From assembly GCA_051362555.1 (NCBI GenBank), contig CM120640.1, forward strand, positions 15,624,001-15,688,000: a stretch of DNA of 64,000 nt, written 5' to 3'. Below the pieces are notes generated by a model, which worked only from the letters and a program-made list of their open reading frames with translations, ran no database searches and had not been told where the DNA came from. Source of the DNA: Lingula anatina. Lineage: Eukaryota > Animalia > Brachiopoda. Of the stretch, positions 53,368-64,000 are shown one piece after another. The position numbers and the translations under genes are program-made. Positions within the stretch are counted from its first letter, which is position 1. Each line of letters begins with the position of its first letter.

Positions 53368-56353
53368 ATGCCCCGTTCACAGCTAGAGTGCAAAGTGTAC
53401 GTAGGAGACCTCCCACGAGATGCATCAGAGAAGGAACTAGAGAGGGCTTTTAGCTACTATGGTAAAATAAGAAATGTCTGGGTAGCTCGTAATCCCCCAG
53501 GCTTTGCTTTTGTGGAGTTTGAAGACCCAAGAGATGCAGATGATGCTACAAGGGCCCTTGATGGCACGTAAGTTGCTGCTACTTTCATTATGGGACATAA
53601 ACTGTATTTATTTAGACATCTTATCAATGAAATATAGTTTGTATTTGTATAAAAAAGGCTTTAAACTGCAATTTCTACAAATTTCAGGTCAGAAATTGAC
53701 CTGTTCTGTTTATCTAGTTTGTAAAAGCCGCTAAATAACATTGTACTGTGTGTGCATTGCAAAATCACTCCAGAGATTGGATGTAGCTGCTTGCGCAATT
53801 GCATACTTATTAAAATGAGATCATATATTATTATACATATAGCACAGGAAGAAACTAGAAATATCCCTTCAGATATTTTTTTTTTTTTTTGGTAAATTTG
53901 AAATAGTATTTCACTTAGTTACACTATTTAAAACTACATGGTGGCATTTGGTTGGGTTTGTGTCAGATATTGACTTCAACTGCAGGTGCACAAAATGGTA
54001 ACAATTCATTGTAATGATTTTCTTTCTTTCAGTACCATGTGTGGCGTGAGAGTGCGAGTAGAGAGTTCTAATGGAAAGGTTAGACCCAAACCATGGCTGC
54101 GCAGAGGCCCACCACCTCGCTCAAGACGTCCTTTTCATCCTGAAGACCGGTGTTATGAATGTGGGGAATCGGGCCACTATGCTTATGACTGTAAAAACCA
54201 GAAAGGGGGCAGCAGTCGAAGGCGCAGCTCCAGAAGATCAAGGTAAATGTTATTGACTGAACCCATGAGAAACATTTAGATATGATAGCGTTAAACAAGT
54301 TTGCTTAAAAATTCTTATCATGTGGTATCTTGACTATCTTTTTTTTCCATATTTGACTATGTTTACATGTTTGTTGCATTCACTCTTATGACTTGGTTCC
54401 CCTAGTGAAGAGGAGAAAAAGGTAATCAGGTAATGTTAATATCATTGTACAGGTAGCCTTAAATGATTGTTGATCCATGATTGTTACATTAGGTGAAGAG
54501 ATGCTTGCACTGTAGATGTGCAATTGATTTTATCACAGCTGAGAAATTAGGCAAGTTTTTTTTTTGTGTCCATCATTAACCTTTTTGTACCTGCTGCTTT
54601 GCAGAGTATACTCAACATACTGAATTGAGGTAATCAACTTGATCTCAGCCCATGATCATGTGATCAACACTGACCAATGAGCTTCCAACCTTTTCTCACG
54701 TGAACAGCCAACACCCTCTGTGGTGAACAAACAGCGTTGACATCAACACAGAATGTGCAGCCATTGTCTTCTACTAAATATCAACCGTTTTCGAGATATA
54801 TCTTCACCAACCGAGAACAAGATTGATTGATTGGCTGTTGCCATGACATCAACATCTTCATCTTTGCTCTCACTTTGATGAAGCAGAAAATGTTTCAGCT
54901 CCACTATGTTCAACACCTCTTGATCTTTGAGAAAAATTCACATTTCATGCCACCGCCAACTGAGTGTAAGTGTATACCCAGTAGCAGACATACAAAGAAT
55001 TCAAAGTCTGTGCAAAGCTCTCATTATGCATTGCCTAACTGCTAAGTATTAACGTTTTACACACGACTTTGAATTCAGACTGCAAGCAGGCTGATGTCTT
55101 TATATTTTTTTTTTCCTTCAGCTAGTATGTTATAATTATAGTTATGGTTCCTTTCCCACGTGTTTTGATATGTAATACTCTGGGTGATGGGCTTATACCT
55201 GGAGGTCACCTGTGTTAAGTAGAATAGTCACTCATGATACAGCTTCTTTGAGTATAATTTTGTTTCCAAAAGTTAGCCACTGTTTTTTTTTTTTTTTTCC
55301 TTCTCAGCCTTGTAACACTTGTATGTCAGTGCACATAGATTGGTCTGTGTTTATTTTGATGGAATTCCCTTGTTATTTATGATTTTTTCCCCAATTCCAG
55401 GTCAAGGTCCCGCTCAAGAAGACACAGAAGTTATTCCAGGTATGTGTATTTGTTCTGAGAACTGTTAAGTTTCAATCTGACTTGAAATTATGTGATTATT
55501 TCATGATATCTTCCATCTCTCTTTTCCAAATATTGTGGTAAACAAATTGTCTGAGATTGTCAGTCAAGCTAATGTAACTTTCTATTGAATGTGTCCTGGT
55601 ATTTTGCAGGTCCAGGTCTCCCTCCAGAGAACGCCGTGGCAGGTAAATATTAAGCCAACTTAGTCTTTTGGTGAAATGCCCTATGCTTCCCACCAATATT
55701 CATCAGCTTGCCTGTGAGTTGTTTTAATTGGTTTTTTACACATTTTCTTTTCTCAGCATAACCATATTACTTAGTGAACAAACAATAGGTCGCTAGAGGA
55801 CAGTGAACCTGGTGTTTCTCAACAAGTCTTCAGTTCTCTAATTAATGAAGTGCAAAACGTGAGTCAGATTTCAAAAGAGCTTTTTTTTTTCTTCAGATCA
55901 CGTTCCAGGACCCCACGATCAAGATCCAGATCGCCAAGAAGATCCCCAAGGTGAACTGAAAGAGAATTCTTTTGCAATCTTGGGTTAGATAATTTAGATA
56001 TGCAGGTATCATGTGGGTGTTGAATTCATTCAGAGATGTCAGATAATAGTGGACATCACTGAAATGCAGTTTTTGAACGGTGCTTGTTATTCATCATCAA
56101 GGTGAAATGCTTACGAAGTATGTATGTAGTATTTGAATTCTGGTCAGTTTTGTTGCTTAATTTAATATTTTTATCTTGAATTTTCTAAAATATTTTTATT
56201 TGTTTTAACATTTGCAATATTTTCCATACGTAAAGCTAAGGGCTGAAGTTTCCTATTTGCAGCCACTCCAGATCTCGCTCTAGAGGTCCTGCTGGGAGCC
56301 CACATGAACGCGGCAGTCCAAGAGGAGGCTCGCCGCCCCCACTGGATGACTAG
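53368..56353 (+). CDS. SRSF7: SRSF7/SRSF3-family splicing factor (RRM, CCHC knuckle, RS domain; 9G8-like)
   Basis: Exons 53368-53567, 54033-54242, 55401-55439, 55610-55642, 55897-55950, 56263-56353. [45 protein letters not shown]. Probable non-coding exon ending at 52850 (AAG|GTGAGT). Confidence 0.88.
54605..54965 (+). other. Candidate poison (PTC-containing) cassette exon
   Basis: Acceptor CTGCTTTGCAG at 54604, in-frame TGA 54621-54623, donors after 54629 (GTAATC) and 54965 (GTAAGT), seven TCAAC motifs. Confidence 0.6.
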
Positions 56354-57562
56354 GATTACAGTCTTGAGAATCTGCAGCCACTCGTGTGTGCTTATATGAT
56401 TGAGACAACAGCTTGATAAGAATAAAGAAAAAAAAAAGAATTGACAATCTGTAGACAGTGGTGGATACCACATTTTATCATCGAGACAGAGAAAAGAAAA
56501 TATAGGGATGGTGATGATCGAATTTAAAGGCTTCTCACAATAAGATAGTATTTTTGTATAGATCTGTTTGAGAACAAATTGAATGCACACAACTACTTAT
56601 GATGATAAACAAATATTGTAAATGACTATAGAGTTTGATTCTGACCATTCCATTGTGCTCTCGTTTGGTTATGTAGTGATTTTAATTATTATCAATGCTA
56701 TACTAACACTAAGTATATCCATGTGGGCTACGTTTGTATCGTTTGAACAAAGATTAAATGGATACGAAGCTTATCATCATAAGTTGCATTTAATCGGAAA
56801 TGCCTATCCCAGATTACGTTATTTAGGTTCGTATACACTAGTTGGCTTTACTTGCACATGTCGCGTTTGTAATGAAACGAAATATTCTTGTTTGTATTTG
56901 TTTTAGTAATCATTATCTTGGAAGTCGTATTCTTTCCTGATTCTTATGAATTTGTGTCGTGTATGTATTAGAATAAATGGATTATTTTAAAGAAAGTTTT
57001 TGAAGGTTTGTTGCATCCATGGTTGGTTTGTGTGACCGGAACATTGTAATCCGTCAATCTATGTGAAATATCCCTGGTATAAGAATGCATTTGGAATTGC
57101 AATAGAAATAGCAGTAGGGTCAGCTTAGTTCTGAAGATCTTCGTTCCTTTCAAAAGATTTTAAAGGGGAGGTAAAGAAGCGCCCTTGAACACCTGATGAT
57201 AACGCACTGATCAGAATTCTAAAGTTACACAGTACAAGGAATGTTATCACGGTTGTACCTTCGTCCATTTAGTATTTAATATTACTAAATGAAAAATCAC
57301 GTGAATAGCACCTTTAGACAAGAGGGGGAAATATTGATGGAACCTATTAGTCTTTCGTTTTTAAAAGTTAATCATTGAACGCAAACAATTTGATTGGCCG
57401 GTGCGATGCGAAACCGGAGCTTATTAGTCACGCAGTTCTCAAAACTTTTTGATAACGGGGCATTTATTTATTGTTGTTGTTTTTGTCTTTGTTCACTAAC
57501 GTATAAAGAGATTTGTCTTCAGATATACATCACCACTGCGAGTTTTTTAATTTTGCGTAGAT

Positions 57563-58237
57563 ATGGCTGAGCTTGGTCGTAGATATGGTTTTTTCCGTTG
57601 TCCAGGCTGCAATGGGCAGTGGGAAAGCTCTCATGTTTATGTCAACAATATGACGGGGCAGGTGAGTGCCGATTGGATTTTTCATGAGCTTTATTGGTGG
57701 GTTTAGGTGAAGTCCGTATTTTTTTCTTGTGGTTATTTTAATAAAATAAAAATTCCAGTAATAGCTATCTATGGGACCTTTGCACAACCATCGGGTAAAA
57801 TTGGTGGATAAGAATTAAGCACTTCGTTTAAAAAGTATGTATTATAAGAAGAGGCAAATAAGTCAATCTTATAATCTAGTATAAAAATTAACGATGGACA
57901 ATTTTAACGTGTGATATTGACCTGCGTGTCTTTCTCTTTGTGTTAACCTAGCGCTATTTCTTTGAAAAGTGATTACTTTTTTTAATGTATGAGTATAGTT
58001 CGATATCATTTTCAGGTTGCCTACAAACAAAAGTGTAAGAAGTGTAACATTGAGTGCGACCCGTACCACGTAGAGGAGCTAAAGTGTTCTATATGTGGCA
58101 TGCAGGGAAAACTCTGCAAGTGTACCAAGGAGGAGAAGATGTCTCGTCACGTGAACGAGAAAAGACCACACCGAAGTGATCTCTGCATGAAGTGCCGCGC
58201 CGGGATTCGTTGTACTTCTCCCAATCTGATGCTTTGA
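57563..58237 (+). CDS. Small 3CxxC-type zinc-finger protein (ZAR1/RTP/ZCCHC24-like), copy 1
   Basis: Exons 57563-57661 (RYGFFRCPGCNGQWESSH) and 58016-58237 (YKQKCKKC...PHRSDLCMKC); phase-0 GT-AG intron. Confidence 0.85.
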
Positions 58238-58572
58238 GGAAAACAAAAAATATATATGGAACTGTTAAATGATTCACAGATGAACATTTAAGGAACTGAT
58301 TTACGCTTAGTCACAATAAAAAGAGTTCCAATTTCTTTGCTGGAACAACATTAAGTACTTTGTAAGGGATTAACCCGCCAATATGAAAACCAATTTTCTC
58401 CTACAAACAAATCATTTCTGTATCCGTCTCAGTATTTGGATTCATTGTTTTATTCCATCGCTAACCCTATGTTTTAATGTTTGGTTGATTATCTGTTTAG
58501 AACTCCACGGCTACCTGTACATTTCAGTAGGAACTACCGACTTCAGGAACTTTTCTTTGAGGAGTTAAATAG

Positions 58573-58611
<39 letters not shown>

Positions 58612-58614
58612 TTT
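58573..58614. repeat. (TTTA)n microsatellite
   Basis: About 10 TATT units. Confidence 0.85.
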
Positions 58615-59157
58615 TAGATCTGAATTGGAGAGGACTAGTAGCTTTGCAGGCTAGGCATAAGAAAGTAACTCTGGGAAATTTCAAACGTGTACAATAGACC
58701 TTGAAGACACTTCGATCGTTGCACACCCGATATAAGAAATTGATTTTGGCATCGAAAATGAGCCAATATCTTTAAACAAAACCTGTAATTTATTTTATTT
58801 ATTTATTTTTTTTTTCAAACATAGTTTAATCGGTGCTTCTGCCAGTACCGAACTGGGTTGATAACTGGGCTTATGATTAACGCCTGATATCTCTATTATA
58901 TCTGAGTGCTATCCTTCGTTGTTATTTACAGTGCATTGATAACACTCATATATTGATTTTTGTACACCATGGTTATTATATAGCATTCTGTTTCAATAGC
59001 ACTTGCTTAGGTCCAGTCTAGCAAACGTAAATTATGTCAGCGATGATTACATGGAATTTTGGGGATAGCTGTTATTTGCATAATAAGAAGGGAAAATACG
59101 GTGTTAGGTTCATTAAGCTAAAGATAACTTTGATCTAAACAACTTTCGGTTTGAACA

Positions 59158-61149
59158 TGTGATTCTTTTATCCTTAATGCTGTTACTCAGTATAGGCTCG
59201 AGTTTATTGACAATTTACCGCCTCGTCAGACCTTTATACCTACCCCCATTAAATTTAACGAGCAAGAGACTGAGATAATAGACCTTGAAATTCAGAACTT
59301 TTTGGATAAGAAAATTATTGTGCCTTGTCAACATAGCAGCCCACAGTTTATCTCTAACATTTTTATTCGTCAGAAGCAAAGTGGCAAATTCCGCATTATC
59401 CTCAATCTGAGTCAGCTCAACAAATTTATTGTGTACCAGAAATTCAAAATGGACACGCTGGAGACCATTATTAAACTGATGAGAGAAGGGGCTTTTATGG
59501 GGTCATTAGATCTAAAGGATGCCTATTATTCTGTCCCGATTGCTACAGAAGATCAATGCTATCTCCGGTTTCTTTGGAAAGGGGACTATTTCAGTTTACT
59601 TGCCTTCCCATGGGACTCACCAGTTCACCACGGATCTTCAGCAAAATCTTAAAACCTGTTATGGCTGAGTTAAGATTGTAAGGCTATGTTAATGCTATTT
59701 ACATTGATGACACTTTTCTTCTGGGGGATTCTTATGATGAATGTGTTAAGAACATCACAGCCACACAAAATCTTCTCACTAGACTGGGGTTTAGCCTTAA
59801 TTATGAGAAATCGGTCACTATACCTAAACAGCAGCTGGTTATGCTTGGGTTTTTGCTTGACTCTACAGACATGACTGTCCGTCTCACCCTCCAGAAAGCT
59901 ACTCACATAAAAGATATCTGCACCAAGGAGTTATAACTCCTTGTCTGCACTAGGCTCATTGATTCTCCAGTCATAACCATCCAGGTTCTCTCAGAAGCTA
60001 TTGGAACCCTGTGTGCATCATTCCCTGGAGTCGAATTTGGGCCTCTCTTTTACCGTGCATTAGAACGGGACAAAAATGTTGGGTTAGCTAGGTGCAAAGG
60101 GGATTATTCAGGTGTCATAACTCTCAGCCAACAGTCCATTAAACAACTGCGATGGTGGATTGATAATGTGCACAATGCTTTTAAAGTTATTTCACACACT
60201 GAACCCTCTCACATGATTACTACCGATGCGTCAAAAAAGGGATGGGGGGCAACTAATCAAGGTGGATCTTGGTGGAGGCAGATGGACTTGCACGGAAAGC
60301 AATATGCACATTAACTATCTTGAGCTTTATGCAGCATTTTTTGGTCTCCAGAGTTTCTGTAAGGAACTACGTAACACTCATGTCAGGATTAAGCTAGATA
60401 ACTCTACAGCTGTGGCTTATATCAATTCCATGGGGGGAATGAAATCTCAGGACTGTGATAGACTAACTACTGACCTGTGGGTATGGGCCATAGAGCGCAA
60501 TATTTGGCTCAGTGCGTGTCACATTCCTGGGGTAAATAATGTGGAGGCAGATTTAGCATCACGGAAATTTAATGACCGCACAGAATGGATGCTGAATAAA
60601 ACAGTTTTCTATGAACTTACTCAGCAGTTTTTTGAACCAGACATTGATTTATTTGCCTCTCGCCTAAATGCACAATTAGACAAATTTGTTTCCTGGCACC
60701 CAGAGCCTGGGGCTGCATATGTTGATGCATTTCACCTGTATTGGGCACAGTTTAAACCCTATCTTTATCCTCCTTTTAGCCTCATTACCCAGTGTCTGCA
60801 GAAAATCAGCAGGGACCAAGTCGAAGATTGCATACTTATTGTCCCCTTTTGGCCAACACAAGCGTGGTTTACCCAAGTTATGACTCTACTAGTGGACCAC
60901 CCACTTGTTCTGCCACGCAGGAACATTCTCACACTTCCAGGAGCACCGGAAACGTTACCATTCAAAGCACAATTACTAGCAGTTCACTGCTCAGGAAAGC
61001 TTTCCAGGGCCAGGAACTTTCGGGAAATGTTGCCGACCTTATCCTCGAGTCCTGGTCAGATAATACAAGGAAGCAATACAATGGAATCTATAAGAAATGG
61101 ATTTCCTTTTGTGGTCAAAGACAGACTAATGTTTTCAAAGCAGATCTGA
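59158..61149 (+). pseudogene. DIRS RT / RNase H / methyltransferase-like ORF, disrupted
   Basis: Frameshifts near 59585 and 60270; in-frame TAA at 59679 and 59934. The 3' part stays open with DLFASRLN and YLYPPFSLI...PFWPTQAWF. Confidence 0.88.
59924..59943. mobile_element. 20-bp perfect palindrome with 7-bp TSD (P-element-like footprint)
   Basis: TCTGCAC|CAAGGAGTTATAACTCCTTG|TCTGCAC. Confidence 0.75.
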
Positions 61150-61934
61150 ACAGTGTGTTAGACTTCCTTTGCCAGTTGTTTCATGAAGGGGCAGGGTACT
61201 CCTTGCTTAATTCAGCAAGATCTGCATTATCTGCACTCTTACCTCCGATAGATGGGACTAGTGTGGGTGAACATGTTTTGGTCGGAAGACTGTTGAAAGG
61301 GGTGAAATCACGCAGACCTTCACTCCCCAGATACTCTCAAACTTGGGACCCTTGTATTGTTATCTATTACCTCACTCGGGCTGACAATAGTTCTCTAAAA
61401 GAATTAACACTCAATCTCTGTATGTTGCTTGCATTAATCACTGGACAGAGAGCTCAAACGCTACATAAACTGAAATTAAGCGACATGAATATTGAGACAG
61501 ATTTCATCAGATTTACTCTGTCATGCCCTGTTAAAACTAGAGGGCCAGGACTTACACTCACCCTTCACCCTTATGAGGAACCCAAATTATGTGTTATGTC
61601 TCTCATAAAATGTTATTTAGAGAAAACTCAGGTCATTAGAGGAGATGAAGATCAATTGTTTATATCATTTGTTAAACCACATAACGGGGTGACCAACGCC
61701 ACAATTAGAAGGTGGATACTGACTGTCATGAACAAAGCTGGGATAGATACTAATGTATTCAAAGCCCACAGTACTAGAAGCGCTGCTACGTCAGCAGCCT
61801 TTAGACATAATGTACCAATTGCCAGTATTCTTAGAGCAGGTTCTTGGAAGTCCGAAAGTACTTTCACCAGGTTTTATAATAGAACAGTGAGAATTACGGA
61901 TAATAGCTTTGCAATGGGAGTTTTACAACATTAA
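60792..61934 (+). CDS. DIRS tyrosine recombinase (true start uncertain)
   Basis: Open 380-aa frame with TGQRAQTL (R), AHSTR (HxxR), AGSW and TFTRFY (Y); SAM-like N-terminal part (SW..NTRKQY, NSARSALS). Confidence 0.9.
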   Translation: MSAENQQGPSRRLHTYCPLLANTSVVYPSYDSTSGPPTCSATQEHSHTSRSTGNVTIQSTITSSSLLRKAFQGQELSGNVADLILESWSDNTRKQYNGIYKKWISFCGQRQTNVFKADLNSVLDFLCQLFHEGAGYSLLNSARSALSALLPPIDGTSVGEHVLVGRLLKGVKSRRPSLPRYSQTWDPCIVIYYLTRADNSSLKELTLNLCMLLALITGQRAQTLHKLKLSDMNIETDFIRFTLSCPVKTRGPGLTLTLHPYEEPKLCVMSLIKCYLEKTQVIRGDEDQLFISFVKPHNGVTNATIRRWILTVMNKAGIDTNVFKAHSTRSAATSAAFRHNVPIASILRAGSWKSESTFTRFYNRTVRITDNSFAMGVLQH

Positions 61935-62119
61935 TTGCTTGTTGGTGATCTCTGTTTCTCTAGGTGCCCGGTTGGCATTGCCAGGGCTACCATGTCACTA
62001 TACTTATTAAATAGTTATGTATTCAATTACTTGTGTTTAGTTTCTCTCTCTTGCCTCTGAAGGAACTGGTAGCCACTTTAAAATCTCATGGAATCTCGCG
62101 GTTGAAGGTGATTGTAGGA

Positions 62120-62370
62120 TAATTGAAAATTAAACGAGACTTACATGTAAGTTGAAGTTTGAGATAGATTATCCTACAATCACCGGAGACTGAGAGATTA
62201 CATGCCCACCACTGCCCTCCCATTATAACAGGCTACCAGCTCCTTCACTTTAAAATGTGCCTACTGCGCGTGCGCTGCTATATCTCATGTAATCTCTCAG
62301 TCTCCGGTGATTGTAGGATAATCTATCTCAAACTTCAACTTACAGGTAAGTCTCGTTTAATTTTCAATTA
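62120..62370. repeat. DIRS internal complementary region and right ITR (85-bp inverted repeat)
   Basis: 62120-62204 is the reverse complement of 62286-62370 with one mismatch. Confidence 0.92.
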
Positions 62371-62557
62371 TTCAACGTTAACACCCCCCGACTGAATGGT
62401 TGACGCAAAGTGAAATCGAGGCTTAACAAACACACAGTTCTCAGAGCTTTGACAAAGTGAAACCAAATATATATTTTGTTGTATTTGTTCACTGATCTAA
62501 TAAGGCAATTGGTTTGTTATGACACTCCATCATTACTAGTTGCGTCAACTGGTCAAC

Positions 62558-63150
62558 ATGCCTAAATTTGGACGCTCAGGGCCTAAACAAGCTCAAAAAT
62601 TAGGTCGGAGATATGGTTTTTTCCGTTGTCCAGACTGCAATGGTCACTGGGAAAGCTCTCATGTTTATGTCGACAAATTAACAAGAGAGGTGAGTGACTA
62701 TGTTCGTTTCGTTTTATGAACTTACTTTGATTGTTTTGACGTAGTTGGGGTCGATATCTGTTTATAAGTTAGAATTGAGTCATGTGTAGCACCTTGGCGC
62801 AGCCATCATGAACTGTATCTTGAGTTATAGGCCTATCTCTACTGAATGTTGTGATTTGTGTTAAACTCGCTCTTTTTTTAAAAAAAGTTTTTTTCCACTG
62901 AATTATGGGTGTAGGCCAATATTATTTTCAGGTCGCTTACAAACAAAAATGTAAGAAGTGCAACATCGAGTGCAGCCCATATCGCGTAGAAACACTGACG
63001 TGTTCCCTGTGTGGTTTGCAGGGAAGCGACTGCACATGTACCAAGGAAGACAAGATGGAGCGACATGGGGACAAGACGAAAGCGCACCGCAGTGATCTCT
63101 GCATGAAATGCCGTTCCGGGAGAAAATGTTTCTCCTCTCGCCCTTACTGA
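62558..63150 (+). CDS. Small 3CxxC-type zinc-finger protein, copy 2
   Basis: Exons 62558-62689 (RYGFFRCPDCNGHWESSH) and 62932-63150 (YKQKCKKC...AHRSDLCMKC); same intron position as copy 1. Confidence 0.85.
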
Positions 63151-63608
63151 TGCTTTGAGTAGGCCTACATACATATGTACATACATGGGGCTGTTAAATG
63201 ATACATAGATACATGGAACTGTTAAACGACTCACAGACGGCTTATTCATAAAGTAATTTTGTCACGGAAAACCTATTGTTCAGCAAATGAAAATTTTAAC
63301 TCCTTAATATAGATGTGAAATGCAAACATTAAAAGACAAGCTATCCATTTGCCTCAGCGTTATTGTATTGTTGGATCTGCGCGTGCGTCTCCTCCGTAAA
63401 ATTGGCCGAACTCTGTGGCAGACGACCAGTTCACAGAATCAGAATCAGAAGTTTTTTGACTATCGCCCTACATCCGGGCATGATCAAATACAAATACAAG
63501 AAGTAATCCGCAGAGTGATTACCATATACAGTTTGATATACATTATATAATGTCTAGACTAAAGCAGGGAAAGTACATGTACTACTCAATAAAGATCAAT
63601 ATAGGAAT

Positions 63609-63647
<39 letters not shown>

Positions 63648-64000
63648 GATTCAACTAGAATAGGCTACACTAAACCTTATATTAAACTAACTATTATTTG
63701 GGGGGATATGAAAACTGCATCATCAGTTAATCTAGGTTTTATTCAGCATGGATGCAATTTTCATATCCCTAGCTTTAAAACAATCATAAAGAAAATTAGT
63801 TGTGCATTACATCACAGCAACAGCGTAGCAATCACTTGTTTCTTTACCAATAATTTCACTCGTTTCAATGTCATCTTAAAATTTGCGTTAGCATGTTTGT
63901 TAAAATCTACAAATAAAGGATGATTTCTGTGGCCTTTTATCGAGTTGTCGTTCGCAGCATTAAGAAATATTGGCGGAATTCCAACCCAAGATTAGGGTTG

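Larger units (their letters stand above)
59155..62370 (+). mobile_element. DIRS1-like tyrosine-recombinase retrotransposon, 5'-truncated (no gag or left ITR seen)
   Basis: RT (FRIILNLSQLNKF, SLDLKDAYY, YIDD at 59700), RNase H (TTDAS..GWG, HINYLEL, DNSTAVAYIN, ADLASR), MT-like domain, overlapping YR ORF, 3' ICR and right ITR. Confidence 0.93.

Noticed and set aside
63430-64000. (AGAATC)3 and adjacent sequence as the 3' end of a minus-strand LINE
   Set aside because: The tail is suggestive, but no RT or endonuclease motifs are recognisable in the window.

Overview
AT-rich, intron-rich eukaryotic DNA from a lophotrochozoan animal, probably a mollusc (inferred from gene content and repeat types). 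It carries 11 host genes that can be spliced by eye with GT/GC-AG rules. In order: an IgGFc-binding/TSP1/Cys-repeat type-I receptor (+, one exon interrupted by a young MITE), an F-box/LRR gene (-) head-to-head with EPT1/SELENOI (+), DEPTOR (-) head-to-head with DSCC1 (+), a secreted EndoU (-), a Kv3/Shaw channel (+), two head-to-head SRSF3/7-family RRM + zinc-knuckle SR genes (-/+) each with a candidate poison exon, and two tandem small 3CxxC zinc-finger genes (+). The 3CxxC pair is separated by a 5'-truncated DIRS retrotransposon with a dead RT but open methyltransferase-like and tyrosine-recombinase frames. Repeats include several MITEs, two Helentron-type HINEs (one with a 146-bp satellite array) and a 20-bp P-like footprint. 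The most notable items are the divergent SR-paralogue pair with poison exons, the DEPTOR-DSCC1 pair that mirrors the human arrangement, the MITE-disrupted receptor and the 3CxxC mini-gene duplicates. All exon boundaries were read manually and no searches were run.
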